From Mobula hypostoma (taxonomy: Eukaryota), in assembly GCF_963921235.1 (NCBI RefSeq), contig NC_086097.1, forward strand, positions 199,890,001-199,954,000: a DNA stretch of 64,000 nt, read 5' to 3'. The position numbers and the translations under genes were made by a program. The notes under the pieces are model-generated. The model was not told where the DNA came from. It searched no databases and worked only from the letters and a program-made list of their open reading frames with translations. This document shows positions 1 through 13,214 of the stretch, piece by piece. Positions within the stretch are counted from its first letter, which is position 1, and each line of letters begins with the position of its first letter.

Positions 1-141
1 ACTGCTGCAAATAAGGCTGTCATTGTACCTGTGCATTCATGTCCTTGTACATATGACAGTAAATTTGCCTTCACTTCAGGGAAAAACAAGCCCAGCCTTT
101 CCAACTCTCCCTGTAGGTAAAGCCCTCCAATCTGCATTGTG

Positions 142-276
142 AGTCCTGACTAAGGGTCTCGGCCTGAAACGTCGACTGTACTTCTTCCTAGAGATGCTGC
201 CTGGCCTGCTGCGTTCACCAGCAACTTTGATGTGTGTTGCTTGAATTTCCAGCATCTGCAGAATTCCTGTTGTTTG
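142..276 (+). mobile_element. Penelope-like terminal repeat fragment with degenerate minimal hammerhead motif
   Basis: agtc-CTGACTA-agggtctcggcct-GAAAC-GTC-gact followed by the recurrent body gatgctgcctggcctgctg...ccagcatctgcag; related copies at 336-472, 1676-1865, 43877-44008 and 63294-63418. Confidence 0.6.
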
Positions 277-335
277 TGAAACCCTCTGCTCTTTCTCCAG
301 CCATATCTCATCCAAACTAGAACTGCACATGACAC

Positions 336-472
336 AAACACAAGAGATTCTTCAGATGCCAGAATTCCAGAGTAACACACACAAAATTCTTGAGGAACTC
401 AGCAGGTCAGGCAGCATCTATGGAGATGAATAAAGAGCTGATCTTTCAGGCCAAGACCCTTCATTGAGACTG
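336..472 (-). mobile_element. Penelope-like terminal repeat fragment, inverted relative to 142-276
   Basis: Reverse complement reads cagtctcaatgaagggtcttggcctgaaagatc...gatgctgcctgacctgctgagttcc, same family as 142-276. Confidence 0.55.
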
Positions 473-967
473 AAGGATTGCATGTTTTTTGAGTATGTTA
501 CATGACACAAGTTCTTGGTTTGGATGTAATTTGAGTAAAGTTGTAAAGTAACATTCGAACTCTGTAATTGGTATCCTGGCCAATGGACACAAACATGCCA
601 TATGTTTTTTTTTTAACCACCTGTATTCATCTGTGTTGCCACTTTAAAGGAAAATATTCCAAGAGATTACTGACTGCAAGAGCTACAAAGCACATAACCT
701 ACCTTATGAGCACAGCAATTTCTGCCTGAGCTGAGAATTTTTCCCACTTCCTTTTGAAGGTTTGCAGTTAATCTACTTTTATTGCAAGAGCTAACATTTT
801 CTAAAGATCATTTACTTGTATCTCACATAGTTGTACCTTAAAATTATGGAAACCTACAGCACAGACACTTTTTTGGTCCACCTCATCCAATGGGCCACAT
901 TGTGTATCTACAGTCCCCTTGTTTGCTCATATTAGACCCATATGCCTGCATATTATACCTTTCCTAT

Positions 968-1179
968 GAAGAAGAAAGCCTTTAACTCCGAGTGGAGTCA
1001 TCGGGACGCCGTCATGATGGCTTTTGTTTTAGCAGACTTTCCTATTTTTACGAGGCCGAGTTGCTAGCTCGATGCTCAACCCAGCACGGATGGAAAGTGT
1101 GCATGGGAGCCGGCTGGATTCAAACTCGGGTGCCTTCACTCCGAAGTCCAGCATTGATGCCACTACACCACCAGCTGGC
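968..1179 (-). mobile_element. tRNA-derived SINE with 11-bp target-site duplication (TSD)
   Basis: Minus-strand head with A box (TGGTGTAGTGG) and B box (GTTTGAATCC), (TTC)n tail, TSD acctttcctat at 957-967 and 1180-1190. Confidence 0.8.
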
Positions 1180-1675
1180 ACCTTTCCTATCCATTTTATG
1201 CCAAATTGCTGAAATCTTATCTAATTGCATTTCTTATTATTGCATGATTTTTCATAATTTGTGATCTATCTAACTGAACACTATATAATGGATGCATTTT
1301 GAGTTCATCAATAATGTATCCAAGTTTATATACAATTGGAGTACAATGCCTCATCTCTACCACTCATTCTAGTGGTAGTTTTAAATTTTTTTCAGAGCTT
1401 CTCCACTGCTTTCTGAGGCATGTCCAAAGTTAATACTTGTTTATTATGGAAACTCGGTCAGCCAGTCAATGCCATATCTGACATCACTTTAGGATTATCC
1501 TTGGGCTGCCTCTTCCTATTAAGTGCGATAGGCTGAATCTGATCAACTTAGTGTCATGCTTGATACTTAACTGAGCTCTCAGGCTATTTTCCATTTTAAG
1601 AGCAACTTGTTTCCATCCCAGTAAATTAGCCTACCTCTTATTTTTGGTTCAGAATGCTGTTGTTTGCTTCAATTC

Positions 1676-1865
1676 ACAAAATAATCTGCAGATGCTGGGG
1701 TCAAAGGAACACTCACAACATGCTGGAGGAACTCAGCAGGTCAGGCAGCATCCGTGGAAACGATCGGTCGACGTTGAAGGGTTCCGGCCCGAAACGTCGA
1801 CCGATCTTTTCCACAGATGCTGCCCAACCTGCTGAGTTCCTCCAGCGTGTTGTGAGTGTTGTTTA
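1676..1865. repeat. Fold-back (inverted) Penelope-like terminal repeat
   Basis: 68-bp arms 1708-1775 and 1793-1860 are reverse complements with 5 mismatches by my count. Confidence 0.8.
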
Positions 1866-2094
1866 CTTCAATTGTTTGCACAACTTGTATTTTTCTTTCT
1901 TTCGCTTGCGCATCAATTGCTAATCTTTTATTTTTATTTTTATTTTTTTAGTTGAGTTCTTTCGGGTTTCTTGCTTTGTGGCTACCTGTGAACAAGCAAA
2001 TCTCAAAGTTGTATAATTTATACATTATTTGATACTAAATGTACTTGAATCTTTGCCCTTATTTCAGTCCATTTGCTGTTGAAATTCTCATACA

Positions 2095-2447
2095 TACCAT
2101 AAGATGTAAGAGCAGAATTAGGCCATCTGGCCCATCGAGTCTGTTCCGCTATTCAATCATGGCTGATCATTTTTTTTCCTCCTCCTCAACTCCAGTTCCC
2201 AGCCTTCTCCCGTAACTTTGATGCCATGTCCAATCAGGAACCTATCAACCTCTGCCTTAAGTACACCCAACAACCTGGCCTCCACAGTTGCACGTGGTAA
2301 CAAATTCCACAAATTCAACACCCTTTGGCTAAAGAAATTTCTCTCTATCTCTGTTTGAAAGGGCACCTCTCTATCCTAAGGCGGTGCCCTCTTGTCCTAG
2401 ACTCTCCCACCATGGAAAACATCATTTCCACCTTCACTTCTTCTAGA
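2095..2447 (-). mobile_element. CR1 LINE 3' fragment
   Basis: ORF 2157-2366 RNFFSQRVLNLWNLLP...LKAEVDRFL is the typical CR1 ORF2 C-terminus; 3' UTR follows. Ends approximate. Confidence 0.8.
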
Positions 2448-3019
2448 ATTTATTTTAAAATGTCTTTCAGGCTGGTCTGTCTTGCATACACAACTAACTT
2501 CAGCTAATTCAAATCTCTCATCTGTGTATTAATTCCAATTTACATATTTCTTCTGATCTTGCTGATATACTTCATTATTCATCCCTGTTTCACCATGTTA
2601 TGACTATTCTTGTACAAAAAGCACTGAACAAGTCAAGTAATACTAATGTTTTGTGAAATACCTTTCACTAGAAATTAAAGGATATAGACATAATAATAAC
2701 TTTAAGATGCAGAAAAAGGGTAGAAGGGAAAGCAAAAGTGAAAAGTAGAATGCCTCTCACAAGGTCAAAGCCAAGAGATTTTTACTATATTACTCCGGTT
2801 ACTTAAATGAGGTTTTCAAGTTCTATCTCAGAAACCTAAACTTGCTCAAAACTTTCCACTTTTTCTTACTCTTCTCCTTATCCTCCACTCTGTCATTGTG
2901 AACTCCCAACAGACTGCAACCGGCTCTGAACTCCAATTCTAGCTCTTTATGCGTTCCTGCTTTTATTGGTTTGCATTGGCAGCTTTAGTTTCAGTTGCCC
3001 TGCCAGTTGTTTAATATGA

Positions 3020-4740
3020 AAAAATGTAGTGCTTTGACGGTCAGACCATGGAGGAACCATCGTGCACCCCCACATCTCCAGATGATCCTTTGATCTTAGT
3101 ATCTGAGGCTGACGTGGGATGCCTTCAGGAGAGTGAAACCACAGAAAGCATCCAGACCTGACAGGGTACCTGCCCACATACTAAAGACCTGGGCTGATCA
3201 ACTGGCTGATGTGTTCACTGATATCTTTAACCTCACGCTTTGGCAGTGTGAGGTACCCACCTGCTTCAAGCAAGTTTCAATTACACCAGTGTCCAAGAGG
3301 AGCGTGGTGGCCTGCCCCAATGACTATTGCCCATTTGTACTTGCATCCACAGTGATGAAGTGTTTTGAGAGGCTAGTGATGAAATGTATCTGCTCCCGCC
3401 TGAGTGGAATTTGGATCTGCTCCAATTTACTTATCAGAGCAACGTGCCCACAGCAGAAGCCATCTCATTGGCTCCTCACTCAATCCTGGGACATTTGGAC
3501 AGCAAAGATTTATACATCAGAATGTTCTTTATCGACTACTGCTCAGCATTCAATGCCATCAACTCCTCAGAACTGATCAATAAGCTCCAAGACCTTGACT
3601 TCACTACCCCCTTGTGCAATTGGATAATGGCTTTCCTAACTTGTAGATCCTAGTCAATTTGGATTGGCAAAAACATCTCCTCCACAATCTCTATCAGCCC
3701 AGATGCACCAAAGGGCTGTGTGCTTAGCCCCCTGCTTTCCTTACTTTATACCTACGACTGTATGGATAAGTGTAGCTCCAGTGCTATATTCAAGTTTGCT
3801 GATGATACCACTGTTGCGTGCCAAATCAAAGATGGTGATGAATCAGCATACAGGAGGGAGATTGAAAATTTGGTTGAGTGGTGTCTTAACAACCTCTCAC
3901 TCAATACCAGCAAGATCAAGAAACTGAATGCAGACTGCAGGAGAGGGAAACTAGAGATCCATGAACCAGTCCTGATCAGGGGATCAGAAGTGGAGAGGGT
4001 CAGCAACTTTAAGTTCCTCAGTGTTATCACTTCAGAGGATCTGTCCTGGACCCAGCACATAAGTGCAACTGTGAAGAAAGCATGGCAGCACCTCTACTTA
4101 AGAGTCTGTGGATATTCAGTATGACATCTGAAACCTTGACAAACTTCTATAGATGTGTAATAAAGAGCATATTGATTAGCTGCATCATAGCCTGGTATGG
4201 AAACACCAATGTCTTTGAATAGAATATCCTACAAAAGCTAGTGGATTTGGCTCAGTATATCACGAGTAAAGCCCTCCCAACCATTGAAACTTTGCTGTTG
4301 GAAAGCAGCTTATCTATCATTAGAGATCCCCACCACCCAGGCCATGTTTTCTTCTTGCTGCTGCTGCCAGCTAGAAGGTAAATGTGCCTCAGGACTCGCA
4401 CCACGAGGTTCAAGAACAGTTGCTGCCCCTGAACCATCAAGCTCTTGAATACACTCACTAGCCTCATCTTTGAGATGTTCCCACGACCAATGATTTTCAC
4501 ATTTAGGACTCTTTATCTCATTTTTTCATGTTCTTATTATTTATTGGTATTTATTTATATTTGCATTTTCACAGTTTGTTGTCTTCTGCACTCTGGCTGA
4601 TCTTTTATTGATTCTGTTATAGTTACTAGTCTGTAGATTTGCTGAGTATGCCACAGAGAAATGAGTCTCAGAGTTTTATATGGTGACTTGTGTATTTTGA
4701 TAAAATCTGCTTTGAACTTTGTATTTCACTTTGAACTTTT
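3020..4740 (+). mobile_element. Rex1/Babar-type LINE, 5'-truncated and frameshifted reverse transcriptase (RT)
   Basis: ORFs 3133-3576, 3384-3653, 3720-4124 give RMFFIDYCSAFN, LSPLLSLLYTYDC, FKFADDTT; simple-repeat tail near 4710-4740. Ends approximate. Confidence 0.8.
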
Positions 4741-6663
4741 GTTCGGGCTGGTTGCAATTTCTCTAGCTTGTTAAATTGCATTGTGCACCGTCAGATAAGT
4801 TGTGTGTCAATGTGGTCAATGGAGATAATGGGCTTTAATTAGTTCCTTGAAATATTTTTTATGTTGACACCTTTAAGGGAAATGTGATTCTTGGATTTTG
4901 TTTTTTTTAGTTGGTTACCTTGTTCATTTCAAAAATGTTCACTGCTGTGGATTTCATGAAGTTCTAGATTCATCTGCCTTTTAATTTATAGGAATAATTT
5001 AAATTTATGGTGCATTTTGATCAAAGGCAAACAACCCAGTTGACCGTGTAACTCCATGCAAAATTAAAATTTAATTTAAATGTCAGTAGCAGTTAGTCTG
5101 ACAGTATCATTACTTAAATAACATGCGAGCACTGATTATTGTAATTCATTTCAGTGGAGAAGAATGAGGTTGCCATCTTGCAATTTGCCATCGTGGGATC
5201 TATTTTTATCGACTGGGATTAAGTTCATGAATTATTTTGTATAGATTGCTTTTTAACTATACCAACAGCAATTTATGTATTGTACTCTAGACACTGCTTA
5301 ATCTTTCAGCCAAACTTATTTGAACTCCTCATGAATATTTGCTGTTGTTCATTCAGCTGTTCAATCTTTTTTAAGATGATCAGTTTAGATATTGTTTCTG
5401 CAAATTGGCAGTAGACAAGGACCATGGCCCAAGGTGTGGAGTTGGTGGAAGTGTGTCAAACCGAGACATTTATCCAGGCTACACTTGGGTCTCTGACTTG
5501 TTTACTAACTCGGAGAACATTAAGGATCCATGCCGTCTTGTCTTAATTTGCTGTATAATTATAAAGTTATCATTTCTGGGTTCCAAGTACTGTGGATCTG
5601 GCACCAACTGTATTCTTTGCCTCCCAGTTCCAGATCATTTAATCTTCAAACCAAATGCAGATATAGTACCAACCTAATCCTAAACTCGAACCTGCAATCG
5701 TTATAGAAATATCACTCATGAACTGAAGGTTTTCCCAGTGATTCAGGAAGATATTTTGTAGTCTAGTTTCCAATCACTGCAAAACATTGAATTAAACTAG
5801 ACTGGTTGACATCTGACTTGCCTGCCAAAACAAAGTCTGTGTTAGACCTTGATACTGATACATCTGACCTCCTGTTCCTCTGTTGGATTTGCCATTATCC
5901 AGCAATGAAGCTTTAGGAGTCTGCGCAGAAGGACCATATCAGACCTCTCAAATTCACATTGAATGAGATTGTCAACTGTTTGGAAAAAGTGACTTTTTGT
6001 TTACATTGTTTTGATGTTTTTATTTGTTCATGTTTGAAGGTTCTAATCTAAGTTTTTAATTAAATCTACTGGCATAGCTTTTGAGTATCTATTTTTCTGA
6101 AACACTTCTAAGACCTTTCAAGGGAAAAATTTGTCAATGTCAGAGCATTCTGGGGTTATCGAGTTGATGGTATTCTCTCTGAGCTTTACGTGCTGTCTGG
6201 AACCTATTCTACTTTACTATAACATCTCTAAGGAGAGTGTTTGCCAAGGTTCAGTGTTTGTAGTCAGATTGTTCAGACTTGTGCATTTTGGAAACTGTAA
6301 CTCCAGATAAACTCTGCACACAATGCATCCAGTAAGTAGGCCAACTTTAGCATGATGTCATCTACCTTGAGGCATTAATTTCATTGCTGTTCACAGGATT
6401 TTTACTGCATCTAAAGATGCTGTCATTAAAATGCTCAGACTCATTTTAAAATGATTAACTATACGCAAAGCATTTGGGATGCAAGTAGGTGATTTTTAAA
6501 TAGCTGTTTCCATTGCACATTTATTGCATGATTCAGATTTCATGACTTGAAATTATTTAACACTGAATTTCAATAAAAATTCAATATTTAAGAAAAACAA
6601 AATTGTATTACTGGTTTCACATATTCAGAGAATTTGTATAATCTTGTGTTTTCTGTCGTATAG

Positions 6664-6791
6664 ATTGCCCAAGTCCTTAGAGATGCAAGACAAAAGCTGT
6701 CTTTTCTTGCAAAACAGGATTGCAGATGCACTTGCTGGCAGTGGCTACAGTGTGGACAGACTGTCTGTACCTTATGTACCCCAACAAACAG
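6664..6791 (+). CDS. EFR3A: EFR3A coding exon, first recognisable exon in window (LPKSLEMQDKSCLFLQNRIADALAGSGYSVDRLSVPYVPQQT)
   Basis: tag acceptor 6661-6663, gtatta donor at 6792; peptide matches recalled vertebrate EFR3A LPKSLE...GSGYSVERLSVPYVPQVT; phase joins next exon (G|AT = Asp). Confidence 0.92.
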
Positions 6792-6999
6792 GTATTACAA
6801 TCTGTGTTAATGGTAATAACAGTCAAAAAATGCATGATTGTATTGACTTATTTCGAGAAGATTTGCTGGAGTTTCTAAAACAAAATTATAAAAATGTTCA
6901 CTTAATTTAGGCAAATCTGGTCCTGAATAATTTATTTTGACAATCTCTCAGTCTTACAGGAGGTGTGTTCCACTGCCTTAACTACCATCCTCCCTTATG

Positions 7000-7955
7000 T
7001 CATTGAGTCATAAAACACTACAGTACAGAAAAAGGCCCTTCAGCTCATCTAGTCTGTGTCAAGCCTCTAATCTGCCTCTGACCATAGTCCTCCATACCCC
7101 TCCCATCCATGTACCTATCCAGATTTTTCTTAAATGTTGAAATCAACCTTGCATCCACTACTTGTGCTGCCTTCCACACTCCCACCACCCTCTGAGTGGA
7201 GAAGTTCCCTCTTATGTTCCTCTTAATCATTTCACCTTTCACCCTTATCCTATGACCACTAGATGTAAGCTCATCCAACCTCAGTGGAAAAAGCCTGCTT
7301 GCATTTACCCTACGTATACCCCTCATAATCTTGTATACTTCCATCAAATCTCCTCTGAGTCTTCTAGGTTCCGATGAATAAGATCCTAACTTAATCAGTC
7401 TTTCCCTATAACTCAGGTTCTCAATTCCTGGGAACATCTACAGTCTTTCAGTCTTACTTATGCTACATCTTTCCTGCTGGTGTGTCCAGTTTTGGTCACC
7501 CAATACTCCAAATTAGACCTTATCGTCTTATACAATTTCACCATAACATCCCAACTCATGTAGTCAACATATTGATTTATGAAGGCCAATGTGCAAAAAT
7601 TGCCCAGGCCTGCGCCCTGGAGAGTGAGGACTTTCCAGGTGCAGATCCATGGTCTTGCAAGACTAACGGATGCCTTTAATGTGCAGAAAGCTTCTTTAAG
7701 GATCCTATCTTCCTTTTTATTCGCAGTTATTTTGTAAATAACACTATTCTTTGCATTTCTGGTTCGATGCTAACTGCATTTTATTGGCTTTGTATCTACT
7801 CGGCACAATAACAATAAAGTTGAATCTAATCTAATCTAAAATCTATCTACATGTGCCATTTTCAAGGAATTACGGATCTGTATGCCTAGTTCCCTCGATA
7901 CTACCATGTCGCTCAATGCCCTACCACTCACTGTGGAAGACCTACCCTAGATGGT
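7000..7955 (-). mobile_element. Degenerate CR1 3' fragment with nested small repeat pieces
   Basis: ORF 7045-7437 LSYRERL...RRLRGDLMEVYKIMRG...TQRVVGVW. Ends approximate. Confidence 0.75.
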
Positions 7956-7959
7956 CAAA

Positions 7960-9360
7960 TCAAGTCACGTTTATTGTCCTTTAACTATATACATGTTTAA
8001 AACATATGAACCATGTAATGTATATAGAAATGAGATTTTTTAAAACTAGATTACAGTAGTACACATAACATAAAATAACTTATGAAGGCAAGGATAAAAT
8101 CTGCAGATGAATCACACATAAGTAACAAATTAAAGTGTATTAATATTAAATAGTGTAGGGTATGGAACAGATTAACCAGTGACACTTCAAATATGATGCG
8201 GCCGGGAGTTCAGAAATCTAATCGCCTGGGGGAAGAAACTGTTTCTCATCCTGGCCATTCTTGCTTTTATGCATCGTAGTCTCCTGCCTGATGGTAGAAA
8301 GCCTGAGGATGCTGAATGGGTGGGTGGGATCCTTAATATTACCAAGGCCCCTGTGTACGCAACACTACTGATAAATGACACCAGTGGATGGTAGGGAGAC
8401 CCTTATGATCCTCCCAGCTGTTCTTGCAGTCCTTTGTAGGGATGTCAGGCCTGATGCTCGACCACTCCCATATCAGATGGGGATGCAGCTTGTCAGGATA
8501 CTCTCGGTGGTGCTCTTGTAAAACTTGTTAAGATGTGAGGGTTGGCAGCCATGTTTGCCTGAGTCTTCTTAGGAAGTGGAGGTGCCGCAGTGCCACCTTG
8601 TTTAGGGAGATGAGGTGAGGTCATCTGTGATGTGAACTTCCAGGAACTTGGTACATTAACACTCTCTGTGGAGGAGCCATGTATTTGCAGAGAGGGATGG
8701 TTCATCTGCACCTTCTAGAAGTCCACAATAATCTCCTTTGTCTTCTCAACATTCAGACTTAGGTTGTTCTTCTCACACCAATCCACCAGCCACTCCACTT
8801 CCTCTCTGTGTTCCATCCCATCATTGTTCTTGATAAGGCCAACCACTGTTGTGTCACCCACAAACTTAATGATGCAGTTTGAGCTGGAATCTGTGACACA
8901 GTCATGCATCAGCAGTGTGAACAGCAGTGGGCTGAGCACACAGCCTTGGGGTGCGCCTGTGCTCAGTGTAATGGAATGAGAGACGTTACTGCCTATAAGA
9001 ACTGACTGTGGCCTTACTGTTCAGAAGTCCAGTATCCAATTGCAGAGGAAGGTGTTGAGACCCAAAAAGGACAATTTCCCCACCAGCTTCTGGAGTATGA
9101 TGGTGTTGAATGTCAAACTGATGTCATATGAGACCCATCTTCCACGTGGGACAGGACAGAGTGGAGGGCAGAGGCTATTGCATCATCAGTGGATCAATTT
9201 GAGTGATAAGCAAACTGGAACAGGTCAAGTGTAGCAGAAAGAAAGGCTTTAATGTGCTCCATGACTAGTCGCTCATGTTAATGCCACCAGACAATAGTCA
9301 TTTAGGCAGGTTACTGTCGCCTTCTTTGGCACTGGAATGATGGTTGCTGCCTTGAAAACG
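7960..9360 (-). mobile_element. Rex1/Babar-type LINE fragment
   Basis: ORFs 8715-8939 (LSPLLFTLLMHDC...LSLNVEKTKEIIVDF) and 8187-8381 (LPSGRRLR...NSFFPQAIR). Ends approximate. Confidence 0.75.
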
Positions 9361-9379
9361 CAGAAGCTCTCCTCGGAGC

Positions 9380-11575
9380 CAAGCGGGCAAACAGCCATCA
9401 CATCGCTGCTACTGGTAACCATGTACTCCAGTACAACATGTTCATGGTTGAGTGGTCGGCGACTAAACCGGCTCCCCCACTGGATTCAGTCTGGTAAGGA
9501 GGGTGTGAGGACACCCAGCAGGACTGAAAAACAAGACCTGACAAAGGGCGGATGAGCTCCTTGTGAACCAATGGTCATTTTCCGTGGAAGAGATTAAAGC
9601 CTCACCACATATCTCCCTCTTACGAATCGTATGCTATGCACTTAGTTAGAAGAGACGTGCATTGTGCAGATGAATCTAGGCGCCTTGCGAGCGATTCTGC
9701 TGTACATAGTCACAAAGAAGAAGATAACGTCCTTGGAAATTGTAGGCCTGTTGGGAATGAAGGCGGCACACCAAATCCGAAAGGACGTGTGGCACTGGCT
9801 AAAGATAGACTGAAAACTAGGGGAAGTATCGTATGGATAGGGACATGGAATGTTCGAACAATGTATCAAGTGGTGAAGCTTGATAATGCAGTTTTTGAGA
9901 TATCTCGAATGAAGCTGGATATTATGGGAGTAAGCAAAGTCCGTTGGACAGAGGCTGGAACAGTTGGCAAGAGTGATTTTGCGTTGATATACTCTGGAGG
10001 AGAGAGCCATGCCAATGGCGTTGGAATTATTATGAAGAAGAAAATGTACAATGCAATGGATGGGTTTTGGCCCATATCTGATAGAGTCATAATGGTAAAA
10101 TTAAAAGGGAAGCCTTTCGATGTTACGATAGTCCAAGTGTATGCACCAACAGGTGAGCATGAGGATGAAGAGGTGGAACGGTTTTATGAGGACGTAGAAT
10201 CTGCTTTTAAAAAAATGCAAAGAGCTCTGATGTACTTTTTGGGAGAAATGAATGCTAAAGTAGCCAATGTGAAATACAAGGATATCATTGGTCAGTATGG
10301 CTTAGATGAGAGAACTGAAAGGGGGGAAGATTTATACAATTTTGTGAACAGTGTGAGCTGATAGTAGCAAACACATGGTTCAAATTACCCAAATGAAAAT
10401 TATACACTTGGAAGAAGCCTGGGGATACTGGAAGGAGACAAACTGACTATATTGCAGTGAGCAAACGCTCCAGGAGAAGTATTAGGATGGCCAAGACTTA
10501 TCCAGGTGCCGATATAGGCTCGGATCACAACCTGGCGGTTGTTAGCGTGAAGATTGCACTAAAGACAAAGATTAAGGCTGCAACCAAGATAGCCAGGCTG
10601 GATATGGACTTACTGAAGAAGAGCGAGTATAGTGAAAGATTTTCTGCAGTGGTACAAGAGTGGTACTAAGGGACTGAGAGCAGACACCAGATTACATGTG
10701 GTCAAACCTGAAGGACTGTATGCAAATGGCAGTTTCCCCAAAAGATGGCATGTAGCTAAACAAGCCTGGATGACGGATCACATTCTGAAGCTCATGGAAG
10801 AGAGAAGGAAGCACAAGGAGGACACATCTAAGTACAAGGAATTGGACCAGCAAATAAGAGCAGAATGTGCAAAAGCTAAAGATCAATGGTTTATCAAACG
10901 GTGTGAAAAGATAAATACCATGGGCATGTTGCATCATTCAAGGAATATGCACAGGGAGATTGTAGAGATGACCAACAGGAGCAAGAAACAATCGAGGACT
11001 GGCATTATTCAAGACAAGGACGGGAACGTACTCTTTGAGAATGACAAGATGGAAAGTAGATGGATGGAATACATTAGGGAATTTTACTACAATGCTAGAA
11101 ATGATCAAGTGAGTGAGAAGAACACGGAAAGTCCTGAAATTTTGGTAGAGGAAGTAAGAGCAGCCATTGGGAGTTTAAAAACTGGTAAAGCTTGTGGTGT
11201 AGATGGTATTACAGCCGAAATGTTGAAATGCCTTGGTGACTCGGAGGTTGAGGAGATCACGAGGCTTTGCAATACAATCTACTCAACAGGAAAGTGGCCA
11301 ACAGATTTTGTGATGTCAGAGTTTGTCATAATCCCAAAGAAAAGTAAGAGCACGAAATGTTCAGACTTTAGAACTGTAAGTCTTATAAGTCATGCCTCCA
11401 AGATCTTGTTATTAATACTCCTAAGCAGAATAAAAAGGACAGTTCTTAATGAAATTAATGAGTGCCAGAGCAGATTTATACCAGGTGAGGGTACCCGTGA
11501 AGGGATTTTCAATTTGCGAATGATTGTGGAACGAGGTCTAGAAAAAAAAAGACATTTACATGTTTATTCTTTATT
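9380..11575 (+). mobile_element. RTE-clade LINE, 5' part (AP endonuclease and N-terminal RT), degenerate and 3'-truncated
   Basis: IGTWNVRTM, VQVYAPT, YPGADIGSDHN, GKACGVDGITAEML, FRTVSLISHASKILL in ORFs 9636-10361, 10457-10669, 10632-11585. Confidence 0.85.
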
Positions 11576-11649
11576 TCACTTTTAATGTATATCTGTGAAC
11601 ATGTAATGCTACTGCGACATTGTGATATTCTTCAGGATTAATAAGAACC

Positions 11650-13200
11650 TATCTAAAATTCTGCACTCTCAAAATTTCACTTTTGAAGACCTCTTACTTA
11701 CTAAGTACACCTTTGCCAGAAAACAGCCTGTCCCAATCCACACTTGCCAGATCCTTTCTGATACCATCAAAATTGACCTTTCTCCAATTCAGAATCTCAA
11801 CCCAAGGACCAGACTTTTCCACAATTACCTTGAATCACTAGATTCAAAGTGCCCCCCTACAAAAACTTCTGTCACCTGCCCTGTCTCATTCCCTAATAGG
11901 AGATCTAGTATTGCACACTCTCTCATAGACTTCTATGTACTGATTAACAATGCTTTCCTGAACGCATTTAACAAATTCTTTCCCATCCAGACCTTTTACA
12001 GTATAGGAGTCTCAGTCAATATGTGGAAATTTTGAAATCACCTACTATAACAACCTTGTTTCTTGCAACCGCCTGCGATCTCTCTACAATGTTGCTCCTC
12101 TAAATCCTGTGGACTGGTGGGTGGTTTATAATATACCTTTCTTATCCCTCAGTTCTACCCATATAGTCTCACTAGAGAAGCTCTCCAGTCTATCCTGGCT
12201 GAGCACTGAACTCTGACTAGTAATGTCACCTCTCTTCCTTTAATCTCTCCCACTCTATCATGTCTAAAACAAAGGAATCCGGGAACAGTGAGCTGCCAGT
12301 CCTGCCCCTCCTGCAACCAAGTCTCACTAATGGCAGCAATGTTGTAATTCTATGCGTTAATCTGAGCTCATCTGCCTTTTCTACAATACTTCTTCCATTG
12401 AATTATATGCAGCTCAGAACATTAGTCCCACCATACTCAACCTTTTATTCCTGACTTTTTACATAGGCTTAGCAACATCTTTCTCCACAACTGCTCCACT
12501 ATCTGGCACTCTTGTGCCCACCCCCTGCAAATCTAGTGTAAAACTCGCTGTACAGCACTAACAAAGCTTCCCACTATGATATTAGTCCCCGTCAAATTCA
12601 AGTGCAAACAATCTCTTCTGTACAGGTCCCTCCTTCCCTGGAAGAACATCTGAAGCACTCCCTCTTGTGCCAACTCCTTAGCCACGTTTTAAACAACATG
12701 ACCTTCCTATTTGTGGCCTCACTAGCACATGGCACAGGTAGTAACACTGAGAACACAACCCTGGAGGTCCTGTCCTTTAACTTAGCACCTAACTCCTTGA
12801 ACTCACTTTGCAGGGCCTTGTCACCCACTCTACCCACTGCCATTGGTACCTTCTGGCTGCTCAGCCTCCCACTTAAAAATGCTGTGGAATCTATCCAAAA
12901 TATCCCTGACCCAGGCACCCAGGAAGCAGCAAACCATCGGAAAACTTATTCTCATCCACAAAACCTCCTTTCTGTCCCTCTAATCAACAAATCCCCTATC
13001 ACTACAACTCACCACCTATCCCCACTTCACTCCTGAGCTACGGAACCAGATTCGGTGCTGGAGACCTAACTGCTGTGTCCTTCCTCTCATAGGTCATTCC
13101 CCAACAGCAGTATCCAAAACAGTGTACCTGATGTTGACTGGAACAGCCACAGGGGTGCTCTGCACTTCTTGCCTATCCCCTTTCCCCCTCCTGAAGGTCA
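11650..13200 (-). mobile_element. CR1 remnant (ORF1 SGNH-esterase-like and endonuclease region)
   Basis: ORF 12598-12918 ELGAKLKDRTSRVVFSVLLPVP...WLRSW is CR1 ORF1-like; decayed endonuclease sequence follows. Ends approximate. Confidence 0.7.
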
Positions 13201-13214
13201 TCTTTTCACATTGT

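Noticed and set aside
1..6663. Additional upstream EFR3A exons
   Set aside because: No recognisable matching exon found; they probably lie upstream of the window
6644..6910. 88-aa ORF as a standalone gene
   Set aside because: It is the EFR3A exon 6664-6791 plus in-frame intron read-through
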